DNA of 64,000 bases from Candidatus Woesebacteria bacterium RIFCSPHIGHO2_02_FULL_42_20 (GCA_001792535.1 MGGS01000016.1:160-64159), one strand, 5' to 3'; positions 18,030-29,020 are shown, counted from the first letter of the stretch. The notes: generated by a model from the letters alone, not told the origin. Made by a program: numbers and translations.

Positions 18030-20225
18030 CTAGATCTTGGTCAATTTCAAGCGAAGTGAATTTCCCACAACTGATATCGAGGACGCTGCCATGGCAAAAG
18101 CCGCCAATGCAGGGTTAAGTAACCAGCCTGTAAAGGGGTATAAAATACCGGCGGCAACAGGAATCAGAATCACGTTATAACCAAATGCCCAAAATAAGTT
18201 TTGACGTATCGTATTCATTGTTCTTCGAGACAAATCAATTGCCGATACGACAGACTTCAAGTCCTTATTTAAAAGGGTAACGCCGGCAGATTCTATTGCT
18301 ACGTCTGTCCCCGAACCCATCGCTATTCCGACATCAGCGCTGGCCAATGCGGGAGCATCATTAATTCCGTCCCCGACAAAGGCCACTGCAAACCCCGAAC
18401 CACGAACTTTTAATCCTCTAACTTTGTCCGCTTTTTGATCAGGTAGTACGTCTGCCAAAACATTTTTTATACCAAGTGACTCTGCAATCGCTTTACCGGT
18501 CCTCTTGTTATCCCCTGTTATCATCCAAACCGCAACCCTCTTTTTAGTCAAAATATTTATAGTTTCCTTAGCACTTTGCTTAGGCACGTCGGCAACTGCG
18601 ACAATTCCAAGCAGTTTTTTCTTTTCTGCCAGAAACATTACCGTTTTGCCCCTAGCTTCAAGCCCAATCGAATCTTTTTCCAAGTCGCGAGTATCAACGC
18701 CTGACTCGGCCATTAATTTTCTATTGCCAAAATAGTACATCTTCCTTTCAATAGATCCTCTTATACCCATTCCATGCAGAGCCTTAAAATCACTGACCGG
18801 CAGCGCGTTTATTTCTTTTTTGCGTGCTTGTTCCAAAACAGCCTCTGCCAAAGAATGCTCCGATCCTTTTTCCAAACTTGCAGCAATTTGTAATAAATTT
18901 CGAATTCTACCTGCCTGCCGGCGAGATAGGAATTTTAAATTTTTAACTGGAGTGACGTCGGTCACGACTGGTTTGCCTTCCGTCAAGGTTCCCGTTTTAT
19001 CAAAGATAATGGTGTTAATTTTGTTTGCAATCTCGAGTGCTTCCGCGTCCTTTATCAAAATCCCTTTTTCGGCGCCCTTGCCCACTCCTACCATAATCGC
19101 AGTCGGCGTCGCTAGTCCCAAAGCACAGGGGCAAGCGATAATTAACACAGCTATCATATTGGAAAATGCAAATGAAAAACCTGAAGTTACATACCAGACG
19201 ACGAAAACCGAAGTCGCAATCATCAAAACAACCGGTACAAAGACGCCGGAGACTTTATCTGCAAGGCGCGCAATAGGCGAGCGGGAACTTTGGGCTTCAC
19301 TTACCATCTTTACAATCTGGGCAAGGACAGTATCTCGACCTACTTTGGTGGCTCGCATAACAAAACTGCTGCTTGTATTAAATGTTGCCCCAATAACAGC
19401 ATCTCCCTGGCCCTTGTCAACAGGCATTGACTCACCTGTAACCATAGATTCGTCCAGACTGGAAGACCCCTCGGTAATCACTCCGTCAACAGGAATTTTT
19501 TCCCCTGGCCGGACCCGGATTAAGTCATCTACCTTGACTTCTTCAACGGGTACATCAGTTTCTTTTTCACCTCTAATAACTCTGGCCGTTTTCGGAGCGA
19601 GCCCAAGCAATTTACTAATAGCATCGCTGGTATGTGCCTTGGCTTTTGCCTCCAAATACCGACCCAGTAAAATCAGTGTAATAATCACGGCCGATGTATC
19701 AAAATACATTGCCCCGTCAGCATTAAGAGATATTACCGAATATAGATAGGCAACCGAGGTACCGATAGCAATTAATGTATCCATACTTGCAGCTCGGTTT
19801 CTTAGCCCCGACCAAGTAGCCAAATAAAATTCCCTCCCCGCCCAAAACTGCACCGGCGTAGCAAGAAACCACAAGAGATAAGGGTTCATCTGCGTGAAAC
19901 TTCCCAAGAGAATAGCTATGCTCAGAATTGAAGAAACTATTACTTTAATTTTCAGTTCCTGTAGTTGCCTTGTTTTTTCTTCTTCTTTTAGCTCTTGGGT
20001 ATCCTTCCCCAATATCGCTTTATAGCCGGCGCTCTGTACTGCCTTTTCCAAGTCTTTAGGACTACAAACTGTATTACTATACTCGACACTTGCCTGTTCG
20101 CTTCCATAATTTACCTGTGCGTTAACTACGCCTGAAGTACTTTTCAGACTACGTTCAATCAACCGCGCACAACTGGCACAGTGCATACCTATTACAGGAA
20201 AACTGAGTTTTGCGATTTGAGTCAT
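18030..20225 (-). CDS. copA: copper-translocating P1B-type ATPase
   Basis: N-terminal [16 protein letters not shown] motif ([11 protein letters not shown]), DKTGTLT phosphorylation site, [10 protein letters not shown]. Confidence 0.9.
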   Translation of the reverse strand: MTQIAKLSFPVIGMHCASCARLIERSLKSTSGVVNAQVNYGSEQASVEYSNTVCSPKDLEKAVQSAGYKAILGKDTQELKEEEKTRQLQELKIKVIVSSILSIAILLGSFTQMNPYLLWFLATPVQFWAGREFYLATWSGLRNRAASMDTLIAIGTSVAYLYSVISLNADGAMYFDTSAVIITLILLGRYLEAKAKAHTSDAISKLLGLAPKTARVIRGEKETDVPVEEVKVDDLIRVRPGEKIPVDGVITEGSSSLDESMVTGESMPVDKGQGDAVIGATFNTSSSFVMRATKVGRDTVLAQIVKMVSEAQSSRSPIARLADKVSGVFVPVVLMIATSVFVVWYVTSGFSFAFSNMIAVLIIACPCALGLATPTAIMVGVGKGAEKGILIKDAEALEIANKINTIIFDKTGTLTEGKPVVTDVTPVKNLKFLSRRQAGRIRNLLQIAASLEKGSEHSLAEAVLEQARKKEINALPVSDFKALHGMGIRGSIERKMYYFGNRKLMAESGVDTRDLEKDSIGLEARGKTVMFLAEKKKLLGIVAVADVPKQSAKETINILTKKRVAVWMITGDNKRTGKAIAESLGIKNVLADVLPDQKADKVRGLKVRGSGFAVAFVGDGINDAPALASADVGIAMGSGTDVAIESAGVTLLNKDLKSVVSAIDLSRRTMNTIRQNLFWAFGYNVILIPVAAGILYPFTGWLLNPALAAFAMAASSISVVGNSLRLKLTKI

Positions 20226-20229
20226 GAGT

Positions 20230-20583
20230 TTAACCCACCACTATCTTCCCCTTAAACATATTCATTGCACAATGAAATTCATATTTTCCCCGTTCTTTAG
20301 GATTAATTTCAACATTTACCGGTTCGTTCATCGGTAAATACCTTTTAATTTTAAAATCAGGAAAGACAAGCTCTTCCAAACAACTATTTGAGTCCTTCCT
20401 CAAAAAGGTTAATGTTGTAGTTTTGTCTTTTTCTAATCTTATTACGGACGGTTTATAACCACCCTCAACGGTTACTGTCAACTTGTTGGCCGCAACGGTT
20501 GCGGCCTCCTTTTTCCCAAAGAAAAACCAGTACACAAAACCAATAACCCCAACTCCTAAAACGGTCACAACTATTTTATCCAT
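20230..20583 (-). CDS. cupredoxin-like domain protein (membrane-anchored)
   Basis: N-terminal TM; C-terminal [11 protein letters not shown] (Cys/Met-rich copper-site-like). Confidence 0.55.
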   Translation of the reverse strand: MDKIVVTVLGVGVIGFVYWFFFGKKEAATVAANKLTVTVEGGYKPSVIRLEKDKTTTLTFLRKDSNSCLEELVFPDFKIKRYLPMNEPVNVEINPKERGKYEFHCAMNMFKGKIVVG

Positions 20584-20586
20584 TTT

Positions 20587-20865
20587 TTATATGCTACCTG
20601 CCGTCCTTTTAAACAAGTCGAGGACTTCTTCGATTAATTTCTCTCTTTCCGACTTCGTACCGTGGATCTCTTTAAAAACACAGGAGTGAAGATGGCCGTG
20701 AAGCAAGCGCTCATCAACCTTTTTCAAAGCGGCCTGAACCGCACGGGACTGGTGTATGACATCGGGGCAGTAAGCACCGCTTTCAACCATTTCCCTAACC
20801 TTTCTCAAATGGCCTTCGGCCCGAGCCAATCTGTCTGCAACTTCTTTCCTGACTTTAGTATCCAT
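20587..20865 (-). CDS. csoR: CsoR/RcnR-family metal-sensing transcriptional repressor
   Basis: YCPDVIHQSRAVQAAL ... LLHGHLHSCV (C-H-C metal-sensing triad spacing). Confidence 0.8.
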   Translation of the reverse strand: MDTKVRKEVADRLARAEGHLRKVREMVESGAYCPDVIHQSRAVQAALKKVDERLLHGHLHSCVFKEIHGTKSEREKLIEEVLDLFKRTAGSI

Positions 20866-20989
20866 CTTAATTCACTCCGTCCCTATCCCCCCGATGGGGA
20901 TATTAAAATCATAGACTTCCTCTTGTTTTTGTCAAGAATCAAAAAGTACTCCTTGATTGGTAAGGTTTACTTATTTAAAATCGACTGAT

Positions 20990-21991
20990 ATGAATACGTT
21001 CTGGCTAGCTTTCGTCACCGGGCTCACAACCGGTGGTGTATCCTGTTTAGCCGTCCAAGGCGGACTCTTATCGTCTACTATCGCGAATCAACAATCTACC
21101 GGGTCAAAACAAACAGTGGCCGCATTTCTAGCCTCAAAATTACTGGCCTACACAATCCTAGGCGGTCTTCTTGGCTTAATAGGAAGCGCAGTCACTTTCA
21201 GTTTAACGCTCCAAGGCTTGATGCAGATAGCAGCAGGGCTTTTTATGTTAGCCACGGCCGGAAGATTACTCAACCTACACCCTGTTTTTCGCTACACAGT
21301 GTTTACCCCTCCAAAGTTCATACTCCGAAAGCTTCGCAACAGAAGCCACAATGCCTCGACCTTCGCTCCCGCATTTCTGGGAGGTTTAACCGTTTTTATT
21401 CCTTGTGGAGTAACACAAGCCATGATGGTTCTGGCGGTCGCCAGCGGAAGTGTATTTTCAGGTGCAGCTATAATGTTCTTTTTTACGCTGGGAACAACAC
21501 CTGTCTTCGGCATTATAGGCGCTGCAGCATTAGAGCTTCTAAGCAAAAAGCCGTTCGCCTATCTTGCCGCCAGTGTGGTCACGATTCTTGGAATTTTGGC
21601 TATTAACACGGGGCAGGTCCTCCGGGGCTCCCCTCACACAATCCAAAACTACATTAAAGTTGCTGCAAAGGGTCAAGACGCTTACACATTACAAGGAAAA
21701 ACTGCAGGCCTTGACAATGCCGGAATGCAAGTGGTTAGTATAGACGTATCAAATTATGGCTATTCGGCGTCAGCTTCCGTGCTAAAAGTTGGCGTGCCGG
21801 TGAAACTGAAATTAAAAACTCAAAACGTGACAAGCTGTTCAAGGGCATTTACAATTCCTGTTCTTAATCTGACAAAAATTCTTCCGGAATCTGGTGAAGA
21901 AATTTTAGAGTTCACACCCGCTAAACCGGGCCGGCTTGCATACAACTGCTCAATGGGCATGTACACTGGATCATTCACAGTTGTTGAATAA
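20990..21991 (+). CDS. membrane protein with DsbD_2-like TM region fused to C-terminal cupredoxin-like domain
   Basis: TM Cys residues (GGVSCLAVQGG, FIPCGVTQAMM); C-terminal AYNCSMGMYTG parallels the cupredoxin motif of ORF 20230..20583; start placed at MNTFWLAFV. Confidence 0.5.
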   Translation: MNTFWLAFVTGLTTGGVSCLAVQGGLLSSTIANQQSTGSKQTVAAFLASKLLAYTILGGLLGLIGSAVTFSLTLQGLMQIAAGLFMLATAGRLLNLHPVFRYTVFTPPKFILRKLRNRSHNASTFAPAFLGGLTVFIPCGVTQAMMVLAVASGSVFSGAAIMFFFTLGTTPVFGIIGAAALELLSKKPFAYLAASVVTILGILAINTGQVLRGSPHTIQNYIKVAAKGQDAYTLQGKTAGLDNAGMQVVSIDVSNYGYSASASVLKVGVPVKLKLKTQNVTSCSRAFTIPVLNLTKILPESGEEILEFTPAKPGRLAYNCSMGMYTGSFTVVE

Positions 21992-22040
21992 TCCAATTTC
22001 AAAATCAAACCTGTCTGCCGACAGGCAGGTGTAAAAAAAC

Positions 22041-22247
22041 ATGAAAATTATTAAAAGGACTTACAAAGTTGCTGGTATGGATTGCGTATCGTGTGCAGCT
22101 TTGCTTGAAATGGATTTGGAAGATTTGGGAATTAATGCAAAGTGTAGTTATCCAAAACAGACATTAAACGTCGAGTTTGACCCAAAAAACACAAATGAAG
22201 ATATGATCAAAAAAGTGGCCAAATCCTCAGGTTACTCACTCTCCTAA
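22041..22247 (+). CDS. copZ: heavy-metal-associated copper chaperone
   Basis: 68 aa with GMDCVSCA (GMxCxxC). Confidence 0.8.
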   Translation: MKIIKRTYKVAGMDCVSCAALLEMDLEDLGINAKCSYPKQTLNVEFDPKNTNEDMIKKVAKSSGYSLS

Positions 22248-22263
22248 TAATTAGCTGGTATAA

Positions 22264-23958
22264 TTGCAACTGATGATTACTATTTATGAAAACATCGAGG
22301 GGCAAAAGCGGGAAACCCAGCTAAACATATCTCCTAAATCCACGAACAACATCTCGAATGTTCTATTTTCCCCGTTTGGAAATAAGTTTTTAAATGACTT
22401 AACCCAAAAAACAAACCTTGACGAAGAAAATGAAATGATGGTCAGAGTAAGCGAAGCTTTGGGGGGCTTGGTTTATATATACGAACGCATCCGTAATGTT
22501 ATCGAATACAAAGGTGAAAACGTGCTTCGCAGATCTTCGATTGAACGCATGATTAAAAGATTACTCTGGGAGCGGCCAAGACACAATTCGTTAAAGGTCG
22601 CAGAGGCTTTGATCAAAGAACTCATTTGGTCGCGTTACCTTCCCAACAACAAAGTTCCCCACTCCAAAATAACCCAAATAGCCGAAATTGTTGAAAAATA
22701 CAAATACCTGATCGCGACGATTCATGAACGAGGAACAGTTCTTGCTTATTCAAGGCTCCGTGAATGGGTTTGGGGTATTGCTTCATGCGAAATCGAAGAA
22801 GCACTGCAAGCTTCTAAAAAAGAAGAATACGTTGAGCTTATGCATTCATGGTTTCTGAATTATTACGATTGGACAGACAATCAAATCAGCGACCACGAAA
22901 AAGACATCCAAATTTACTTGGCTGTCCACCGCAGTCTCGTAAAATCGGACGAAGCGATAATGCGGTACCACCTAGTTCTAAAGGAGATCCCAAATTGGAC
23001 AAATGCAAAAAACGAAGATGTTGATAGATTTACAAAAAGTTTCTCCAAAATGCATGAGGAGATCGAAGACCACCTAAGTCACCCAAACAGAATGGCGCTT
23101 TTCAGGGTAGTTCAAAAACATGCTGCCCCGTTTTTAATCTTAAGAGAATTCATCGAGCGTGAAGGCGATTACCTTAAAATTCTCCAAGACCCGGCAAAAT
23201 TTGAATCAAGCATATACGAACTTTGTGAAATAAATTACGCCAAAATCAGAAACAAAGTAAATAGAGGTATAGTCCGAAGTATACTGTATATCTTTGTAAC
23301 TAAAATATTCATCGCTTTTTTGCTCGAAACTCCTTATGAACTTCTACGATTTGGGGCACTAAGATTTATTCCGCTTGCAATTAACATTTCGGTACCGCCC
23401 TTGATGATGACGCTTATTGGGTTAACCATCCGCATCCCCAGCGAGCAAAACTCAAGGAGAATACTCAACAAATTAAAAACAATTATTTATACAGTCGAAA
23501 GCCCGACAAAACAGAAGTTTTCACTTAAAAAGGCGTCTAGAAGCGGCAGGGCTTCACTGGTATTCTCAACAATATACCTAGTTCTTTTTTTGCTGGTTTT
23601 TGGCGGAGTTTCATATCTCCTGTTCAAACTCGACTTCACAATTCTTGCAATACTGATATTTTTCATGTTTGTTTCCATGGTTTTGCTTTTTGGCTCTCGT
23701 GTGCGATTTACGGCATCCCAATTGTCTATCACCCCCGAAAGAGAAGGTTTAATTAAACAAATTATTGATAATCTTTCTCTTCCCTTCCTAAGTATGGGGG
23801 TCTATCTGTCCAAAGGTATAGCAAAGCTTAATTTCCTTACAATACTGCTTGATTTTCTAATCGAAGCGCCTCTCAAAATTATAGTAGAAGTAATCGAAGA
23901 GTGGACCAGTTTTATTCGCGAAAAGCGTGAAGAAGTCGTTGAAGTACCCGAGCAATAA
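22264..23958 (+). CDS. hypothetical protein (564 aa) with C-terminal multi-TM region
   Basis: ~330-aa charged helical N-terminal region, then 4-5 hydrophobic segments; no motif recognised. Confidence 0.45.
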   Translation: MQLMITIYENIEGQKRETQLNISPKSTNNISNVLFSPFGNKFLNDLTQKTNLDEENEMMVRVSEALGGLVYIYERIRNVIEYKGENVLRRSSIERMIKRLLWERPRHNSLKVAEALIKELIWSRYLPNNKVPHSKITQIAEIVEKYKYLIATIHERGTVLAYSRLREWVWGIASCEIEEALQASKKEEYVELMHSWFLNYYDWTDNQISDHEKDIQIYLAVHRSLVKSDEAIMRYHLVLKEIPNWTNAKNEDVDRFTKSFSKMHEEIEDHLSHPNRMALFRVVQKHAAPFLILREFIEREGDYLKILQDPAKFESSIYELCEINYAKIRNKVNRGIVRSILYIFVTKIFIAFLLETPYELLRFGALRFIPLAINISVPPLMMTLIGLTIRIPSEQNSRRILNKLKTIIYTVESPTKQKFSLKKASRSGRASLVFSTIYLVLFLLVFGGVSYLLFKLDFTILAILIFFMFVSMVLLFGSRVRFTASQLSITPEREGLIKQIIDNLSLPFLSMGVYLSKGIAKLNFLTILLDFLIEAPLKIIVEVIEEWTSFIREKREEVVEVPEQ

Positions 23959-23963
23959 TTATT

Positions 23964-24602
23964 TCAATATACAATTTTAATCTTTGCGCTTTCAATATAA
24001 ACTTTTGAGCTGTCGAAAGATCGGAATTGCACGCGGTATAAATTTTTTCCCGACCACAAATTAGCTACCCCCGAGGAAACTAAAGTCGTAGTCAATTTAT
24101 CTGTTTCTATATCACTCCCTGTAACCCCAATCCCATGAGTTACGTCGTAAAGCCTCACTTGCGCTTTACCACTATCTGCATGGAGCGACGCTTCAAAATA
24201 AACCTTTGCACCGTCGCCATAATCATTTTTAAGATCTACCCAGACTTCGCTTGAAGTAATATTTTGCCAATCCGGTGAGTTGGTAGATGCCTGGGCAATC
24301 AAAGTGATATAGTCAGTGTTTTTCTTGACAATTGTACTGGGTGTGGGAACTGCGATCGGACTACTCGCGGTTGTGGGTGTAGCTATCGGCGTTGTGGTAA
24401 AAAGCTGATCTTCCTCTGGAAGCGGCGTAGAAATACTAGGCATACTCTCAACAATTTTGACCATCGAATTGTTTGCAGAAAGTCTTTTTTCAAAAGAATC
24501 AATTCTGGTATATAGATAAAAACTAAAAGGAACAAGCAAGATAACTGCAACAAAAAGTAATAGCGTAATAAGAAAATGTATTTTTGGAGCAGCTATTTTC
24601 AT
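23964..24602 (-). CDS. hypothetical membrane-anchored secreted protein (212 aa)
   Basis: N-terminal TM, Pro/Thr-rich linker, beta-rich C-terminal domain. Confidence 0.45.
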   Translation of the reverse strand: MKIAAPKIHFLITLLLFVAVILLVPFSFYLYTRIDSFEKRLSANNSMVKIVESMPSISTPLPEEDQLFTTTPIATPTTASSPIAVPTPSTIVKKNTDYITLIAQASTNSPDWQNITSSEVWVDLKNDYGDGAKVYFEASLHADSGKAQVRLYDVTHGIGVTGSDIETDKLTTTLVSSGVANLWSGKNLYRVQFRSFDSSKVYIESAKIKIVY

Positions 24603-26033
24603 TTATTTTTTCTTGACTTTGACTCCGCGCGCTAAATCCTCAATCTTAAATCCTAAATCATAAATCTTTCTTCGTATTTCATCAGCTTCTTTATATCTCC
24701 TTCCTCTTCTCGAGTTTTCTCTTTGTTTAACTAATTCCTGAACTTCCTTTGGAATTTGAGAATTGGAAATTGTAAATTTAGAAAGCTGGAGACCAAGAAC
24801 TTGGTCAAAGCTTTCGATAAGATCATATTTATCATAATCCGGAATATTGGCCTTAACAACTTCCCAAAACACCGACAGCGCTTGGGGCATATTCAGATCG
24901 TCAGCGATAGCTTTTTCAAATTTTTCCCTGTAGAAATTTACTTTAGCCAATTTATCGACAGACAAAGTTGTTCGCCCTCTTGAATCGCGGTAATCGGTGA
25001 CAATTCCCTGAAGCTTGTTCAAAGAAGTTTGGGCGGCTGCTAGCGCATCCCATGTAAAATTTATCTGTTGTTTATAGTGGCCGGAAAAGTAAAAATAGCG
25101 AAGTGCTAAAGGATCAATATTTTTAGCTTCAACATCATACAATGTGTAAGCATTGCCTTCGCTTTTACCCATTCGCTTACCGTCAACGGTTAAAAATGCA
25201 CCGTGTACCCAATATCTCACAAACGGGTGTTTACCTGTTGCCGCCTCGCTTTGAGCAACTTCGTTTGGGTGATGGGTACTTTTTAAATCTTCACCGCCGG
25301 CATGAATGTCAAATTGTTCACCCAAATATTTCATACTCATTGCCGAGCACTCTATATGCCAGCCGGGAAAACCCACTCCCCAAGGGCTGTCCCATTCCAT
25401 ATGGCGTTTTACTCCAGTAGGAGAAAACTTCCAAAGAGCAAAGTCTCTTGGATTTTTTTTTTGTAGATTTGGCTCGACTCTCGCTCCTTCTTTAATCTTT
25501 TGAAGAGTCGAAAGCTCTCCATAAACATTCCCTGCTGTTTCATATGCTTGTACATCAAAATATATTCCGTCATCAATCTTATATGCATAACCTTTGCTAT
25601 GAATTTTTTCAACCAGTTCAATTTGTTCTTTAATGTATTCCGTTGCTCTTGTGAACTTTTCAGGCCTTGTCAGATTCAATTTTTCATACGACTCTAAAAA
25701 GTCTTTTATATAAAACTCGGCGATATCCCATGCGCTTTTTCCTTGCTTTTTAGCTGCCTTTTCCATCCTGTCCTCGCCTATGTCGGCGTCCCCCAGGTTA
25801 TCTCCTGTAAAGTGGCCCACATCCGTCAAATTCATATAAAATATAGGTTTATAACCCAAGTATTTTAAAACCCTCAGCAAAACGTCGCTTAGTGTATAAG
25901 TACGCCAGTTACCTATTGTCGGGTAATCATAAACAGTCGGCCCACAAGTGTATATCCCGACATCAGGAGGATTAATTGCTTCAAACTTTTCCTTTTTACC
26001 TGTTAATGAGTTAGTTAGATATAAATCAGCCAT
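24603..26033 (-). CDS. cysS: cysteinyl-tRNA synthetase
   Basis: YTCGPTVYDYPTIGNWRT, HIGH-region GHF, KMSKS as RMGKSEGN; 476 aa. Confidence 0.9.
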   Translation of the reverse strand: MADLYLTNSLTGKKEKFEAINPPDVGIYTCGPTVYDYPTIGNWRTYTLSDVLLRVLKYLGYKPIFYMNLTDVGHFTGDNLGDADIGEDRMEKAAKKQGKSAWDIAEFYIKDFLESYEKLNLTRPEKFTRATEYIKEQIELVEKIHSKGYAYKIDDGIYFDVQAYETAGNVYGELSTLQKIKEGARVEPNLQKKNPRDFALWKFSPTGVKRHMEWDSPWGVGFPGWHIECSAMSMKYLGEQFDIHAGGEDLKSTHHPNEVAQSEAATGKHPFVRYWVHGAFLTVDGKRMGKSEGNAYTLYDVEAKNIDPLALRYFYFSGHYKQQINFTWDALAAAQTSLNKLQGIVTDYRDSRGRTTLSVDKLAKVNFYREKFEKAIADDLNMPQALSVFWEVVKANIPDYDKYDLIESFDQVLGLQLSKFTISNSQIPKEVQELVKQRENSRRGRRYKEADEIRRKIYDLGFKIEDLARGVKVKKK

Positions 26034-26039
26034 TATAGT

Positions 26040-26525
26040 TTATTGCGATACGTTGCGGCCTTTTTCGGCACGGCCTACGACATTTGAAAGACCGCCTTTT
26101 TTCGGACCTTTCGCACCCGGCCCTTTCCCTATCGAAGGCTTACTCGCAGTCATTGGCGCTTCACGGGGCCTAGCCGCCTCCAATTGTTGTCGTCTGACCA
26201 TCTCTGCTTGCTCATTTTGTTGCTTCTCCTGCTCTTTCTGCCGCCTTATCTGGGCCATTTCCTCTTCAAGTTGCCGCGCACGAGCGACATCAAGTTTTTG
26301 AATTTCACCCTCGTCCACAAACCCCGTGTGAGTGCCTGGCAAATTATAAAGGTCGGGGGCTCCTGCCTGCGCCGACTGGTCAGACGGTTGCTGCAGTTTG
26401 GTTTCACCTGTTATTTGTAACCCGGTGCTTTTAGCAATCTCTCTAGTTTCCTCACCCAGCATTTTCCCAAACTGCACAAGCGATTTCCCGACAACTCTTG
26501 TGCCTTTTACCAAAGGATTAGCCAT
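26040..26525 (-). CDS. hypothetical protein with coiled-coil/low-complexity region
   Basis: EEEMAQIRRQKEQEKQQNEQAEMVRRQQ repeat-like charged stretch, Gly/Lys-rich tail. Confidence 0.4.
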   Translation of the reverse strand: MANPLVKGTRVVGKSLVQFGKMLGEETREIAKSTGLQITGETKLQQPSDQSAQAGAPDLYNLPGTHTGFVDEGEIQKLDVARARQLEEEMAQIRRQKEQEKQQNEQAEMVRRQQLEAARPREAPMTASKPSIGKGPGAKGPKKGGLSNVVGRAEKGRNVSQ

Positions 26526-26527
26526 AA

Positions 26528-27133
26528 CTACATTTCCCTCCTTCCCTCAATAGCCTGTATCAATGTCACATCATCCGCGTATTCCAAGTCTGCTCCCCTC
26601 GGTATCCCCATCCCTAGGCGCGAGACTTTGGGTTTTGGGTTTTGGGTTTTGAGTTTTTTATTAAGGTACATTGCAGTTGCCTCGCCTTCCATTGTAGGGT
26701 TAGTAGCAATAATAACTTCCTTAACAGGACCGCCATTTGTCAGTCTTTTGGACAAATCTTCGATATAAATTTCATCCGGGCCAATATTCTCTAAGGGGCT
26801 GATTGCTCCATGAAGAACATGATACAAGCCATTGTATTTTCCCATTCTTTCAATTGCAACTACATCAAGCGGTTGCTCAACTACAATAATAATTTTTGAG
26901 TCGCGGCTTGAATCACTACACAAATTACAAGGGTCGCTTTCCGAAACATTGCGGCAAATAGAACATAAAACAGTGTTTTTCTTCAGGTTAATTAGGGACC
27001 GACCAAATAAGTCAAGCTCACTTTGGGGAACATGCAGTAAATAGTATGTCAGTCGCTGGGAGGTTCTCGGCCCAATGCCGGGAAGTTTTTCAAAAGATTC
27101 GACTAAAGCTTGAACCGCTCTCGGTATCTTCAT
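26528..27133 (-). CDS. recR: recombination protein RecR
   Basis: KLPGIGPRTSQRL HhH, C4 zinc finger CSICRNVSESDPCNLC, Toprim region; start moved to MKIPRAV (ORF track extends to 27238). Confidence 0.85.
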   Translation of the reverse strand: MKIPRAVQALVESFEKLPGIGPRTSQRLTYYLLHVPQSELDLFGRSLINLKKNTVLCSICRNVSESDPCNLCSDSSRDSKIIIVVEQPLDVVAIERMGKYNGLYHVLHGAISPLENIGPDEIYIEDLSKRLTNGGPVKEVIIATNPTMEGEATAMYLNKKLKTQNPKPKVSRLGMGIPRGADLEYADDVTLIQAIEGRREM

Positions 27134-27191
27134 GTCAAGGAAATTATAGCAATTCTTAACTATCGGGGGAAATTTTAAATTGTTCTTTGGG

Positions 27192-27479
27192 CTACTGACC
27201 GAAGCCTTTGAGTATCCCGGAAAGGCCGCCGCCTGCATCCATCATTTTTTTAGCCGCTTTCTTCTGAACTTCTTTTAAAGCGGAATTGATTGCATCAACA
27301 ATATCCTTTCTCTCCTCCCCGTCAAGTTCTATTCTTATAATTTTTTGGTCACCAGAAACGACCACTTTAATACCGTCACGCTCAAAACTTTCCGTAACAC
27401 CGGCCAATTGCTTCTGAAGGTTCAACGCCTGCTGACGCATTTTAAGCAATTCTCCTGCTTGTCTTACTTTGTCGAACAT
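27192..27479 (-). CDS. ybaB: nucleoid-associated protein YbaB/EbfC
   Basis: 95 aa; MRQQALNLQKQLAGVTESF...GDQKIIRIELD pattern; conserved dnaX-ybaB-recR order. Confidence 0.85.
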   Translation of the reverse strand: MFDKVRQAGELLKMRQQALNLQKQLAGVTESFERDGIKVVVSGDQKIIRIELDGEERKDIVDAINSALKEVQKKAAKKMMDAGGGLSGILKGFGQ

Positions 27480-27496
27480 TGTTTAGCTAGTCAGTA

Positions 27497-29020
27497 CTAT
27501 GAGCCAAATATTTCTTTTGCCGCTTCCATTATATCAATGTCTGTATTCTCCGTCAACGCATTTCCTGTCTTTTTTATTCCCCCAATGACTTTTTTCTTAG
27601 GTTGGTCAGTTAATATGCAAACTACTCTCACCGGCGAGCCAACAACAGACGTTAGGATATCTTCCAAAGTCTTTCTATAAACGTCCGCCTCTAACCGTTC
27701 TTTGTGAAACTTGTAATAAACCCCCAAGCGTAAATTTTTACCGTCAAAGTCCAAGGGCTTACTCGACCGAAGCAGCGCTTCTACTGACACGTTTTTCTGT
27801 CTGACTTGCGAGAGCACTTTCTGCCAGACATCGCTTTCAAATTTCAAATCAACATTGCCGTTAGCAACAACATCTTCCGAGTGGCCATTCGTAACTTTGT
27901 CCCTCGGTTTCGTATTTTTAACTACGCTCACCACCGGCTTATCCTGACCGGTTTTTTGCTTCCAGGCAATCAACTCCATCTCAAGAGATAACTGCGGAAG
28001 CGGCGTGTCGGAATACTTTTTTTGAGCCACCATTAACACTTCTATCAATGAAACTGATTCATTTCTGATTAGATAGTCAAAAGCGTCGGTCTTGCCAACG
28101 CCGAGCTTGGCTAAAAGCGATTCGTGAAGAGAGGCAATCATCCCGTCAATGAGCTCTCTAACCGATCCCCCTTTGTTAATCATTGCCTCCAACTCCTCAA
28201 TAATTGCCTTGATATCTTTCTTGGCTATTATTTCAATATATTGCTTTGCTGTAATAGTTTTATTTTGTGTGACAAAACTCCTGGCTTTCTCCTGCGACAA
28301 CTCCGTCTCCCCCACCATCATCTGTTCAATAATCTTGATGGCGTCTCTAAACGATCCGTCTGCAGCGAGCGCCACAACATCAAACGCCTCGTCATCAACC
28401 TTCCATTTCTCGCCTTTGGCAACACGGCTAAGTAACCTTTTAATTTCCGGCAAACTGGCTTTAGTAAAGACAATATTCGTCAGTCGCGATCTAACCGTTG
28501 GTATCAATTTTTCGGGGTTGGTAGTGGCCAAAATAAAGACAACGTGACTAGGCGGCTCTTCGAGTGTCTTTAAAAAAGCATTTGCCGCCTCGAGAGTCAA
28601 CATATGTGCTTCGTCAACTACATAAACCTTTGTTTTAGCCGATACAGGTGACAGCTTTACCGCTTCGCGAAGGGATCTGATGTCGTCAATCCCGCGGTTA
28701 CTTGCGGCATCCATCTCGATAACATCAAGGCTGTTTCCTTTGGTAACCGCCTCGCATTGCATGCACCTGTTGCACGGCTCTCCTGACTTACCGGGTTTTT
28801 CACAATTAATTGCCTTTGCCAAAATTCTTGCCGCCGAAGTTTTTCCAATTCCCTTAGGTCCGGAAAAAAGCAGGGCATGGGGAATTTTCCCCGAGGCAAT
28901 TATTTTTTTAAGTCCCTCGCGCGCACTTGTCGAATCAAGCTCTCCGATGGTCTGAGGTCTGTACTTGAGGTATAGGGTCATAGAAATGTATACCAATATC
29001 CAATAAATACCAATTCCCAA
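27497..29020 (-). CDS. dnaX: DNA polymerase III subunit gamma/tau
   Basis: Walker A GPKGIGKTS, zinc module CEKPGKSGEPCNRCMQC, DEAH-like VVDEAHML, sensor SRL. Confidence 0.85.
   Translation of the reverse strand: MGIGIYWILVYISMTLYLKYRPQTIGELDSTSAREGLKKIIASGKIPHALLFSGPKGIGKTSAARILAKAINCEKPGKSGEPCNRCMQCEAVTKGNSLDVIEMDAASNRGIDDIRSLREAVKLSPVSAKTKVYVVDEAHMLTLEAANAFLKTLEEPPSHVVFILATTNPEKLIPTVRSRLTNIVFTKASLPEIKRLLSRVAKGEKWKVDDEAFDVVALAADGSFRDAIKIIEQMMVGETELSQEKARSFVTQNKTITAKQYIEIIAKKDIKAIIEELEAMINKGGSVRELIDGMIASLHESLLAKLGVGKTDAFDYLIRNESVSLIEVLMVAQKKYSDTPLPQLSLEMELIAWKQKTGQDKPVVSVVKNTKPRDKVTNGHSEDVVANGNVDLKFESDVWQKVLSQVRQKNVSVEALLRSSKPLDFDGKNLRLGVYYKFHKERLEADVYRKTLEDILTSVVGSPVRVVCILTDQPKKKVIGGIKKTGNALTENTDIDIMEAAKEIFGS

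Noticed and set aside
18820-19749. 309-aa ORF on + strand
   Set aside because: Entirely antisense to copA, with a Ser/Thr/Pro-rich low-complexity translation typical of the reverse frame of a GC-richer gene.
26627-26660. Tandem heptamer (GGGTTTT)x4, telomere-like G-rich repeat
   Set aside because: It lies inside the recR coding frame, encoding a Lys/Pro-rich linker (KTQNPKPKV). Most likely coding low complexity rather than a structural DNA element.
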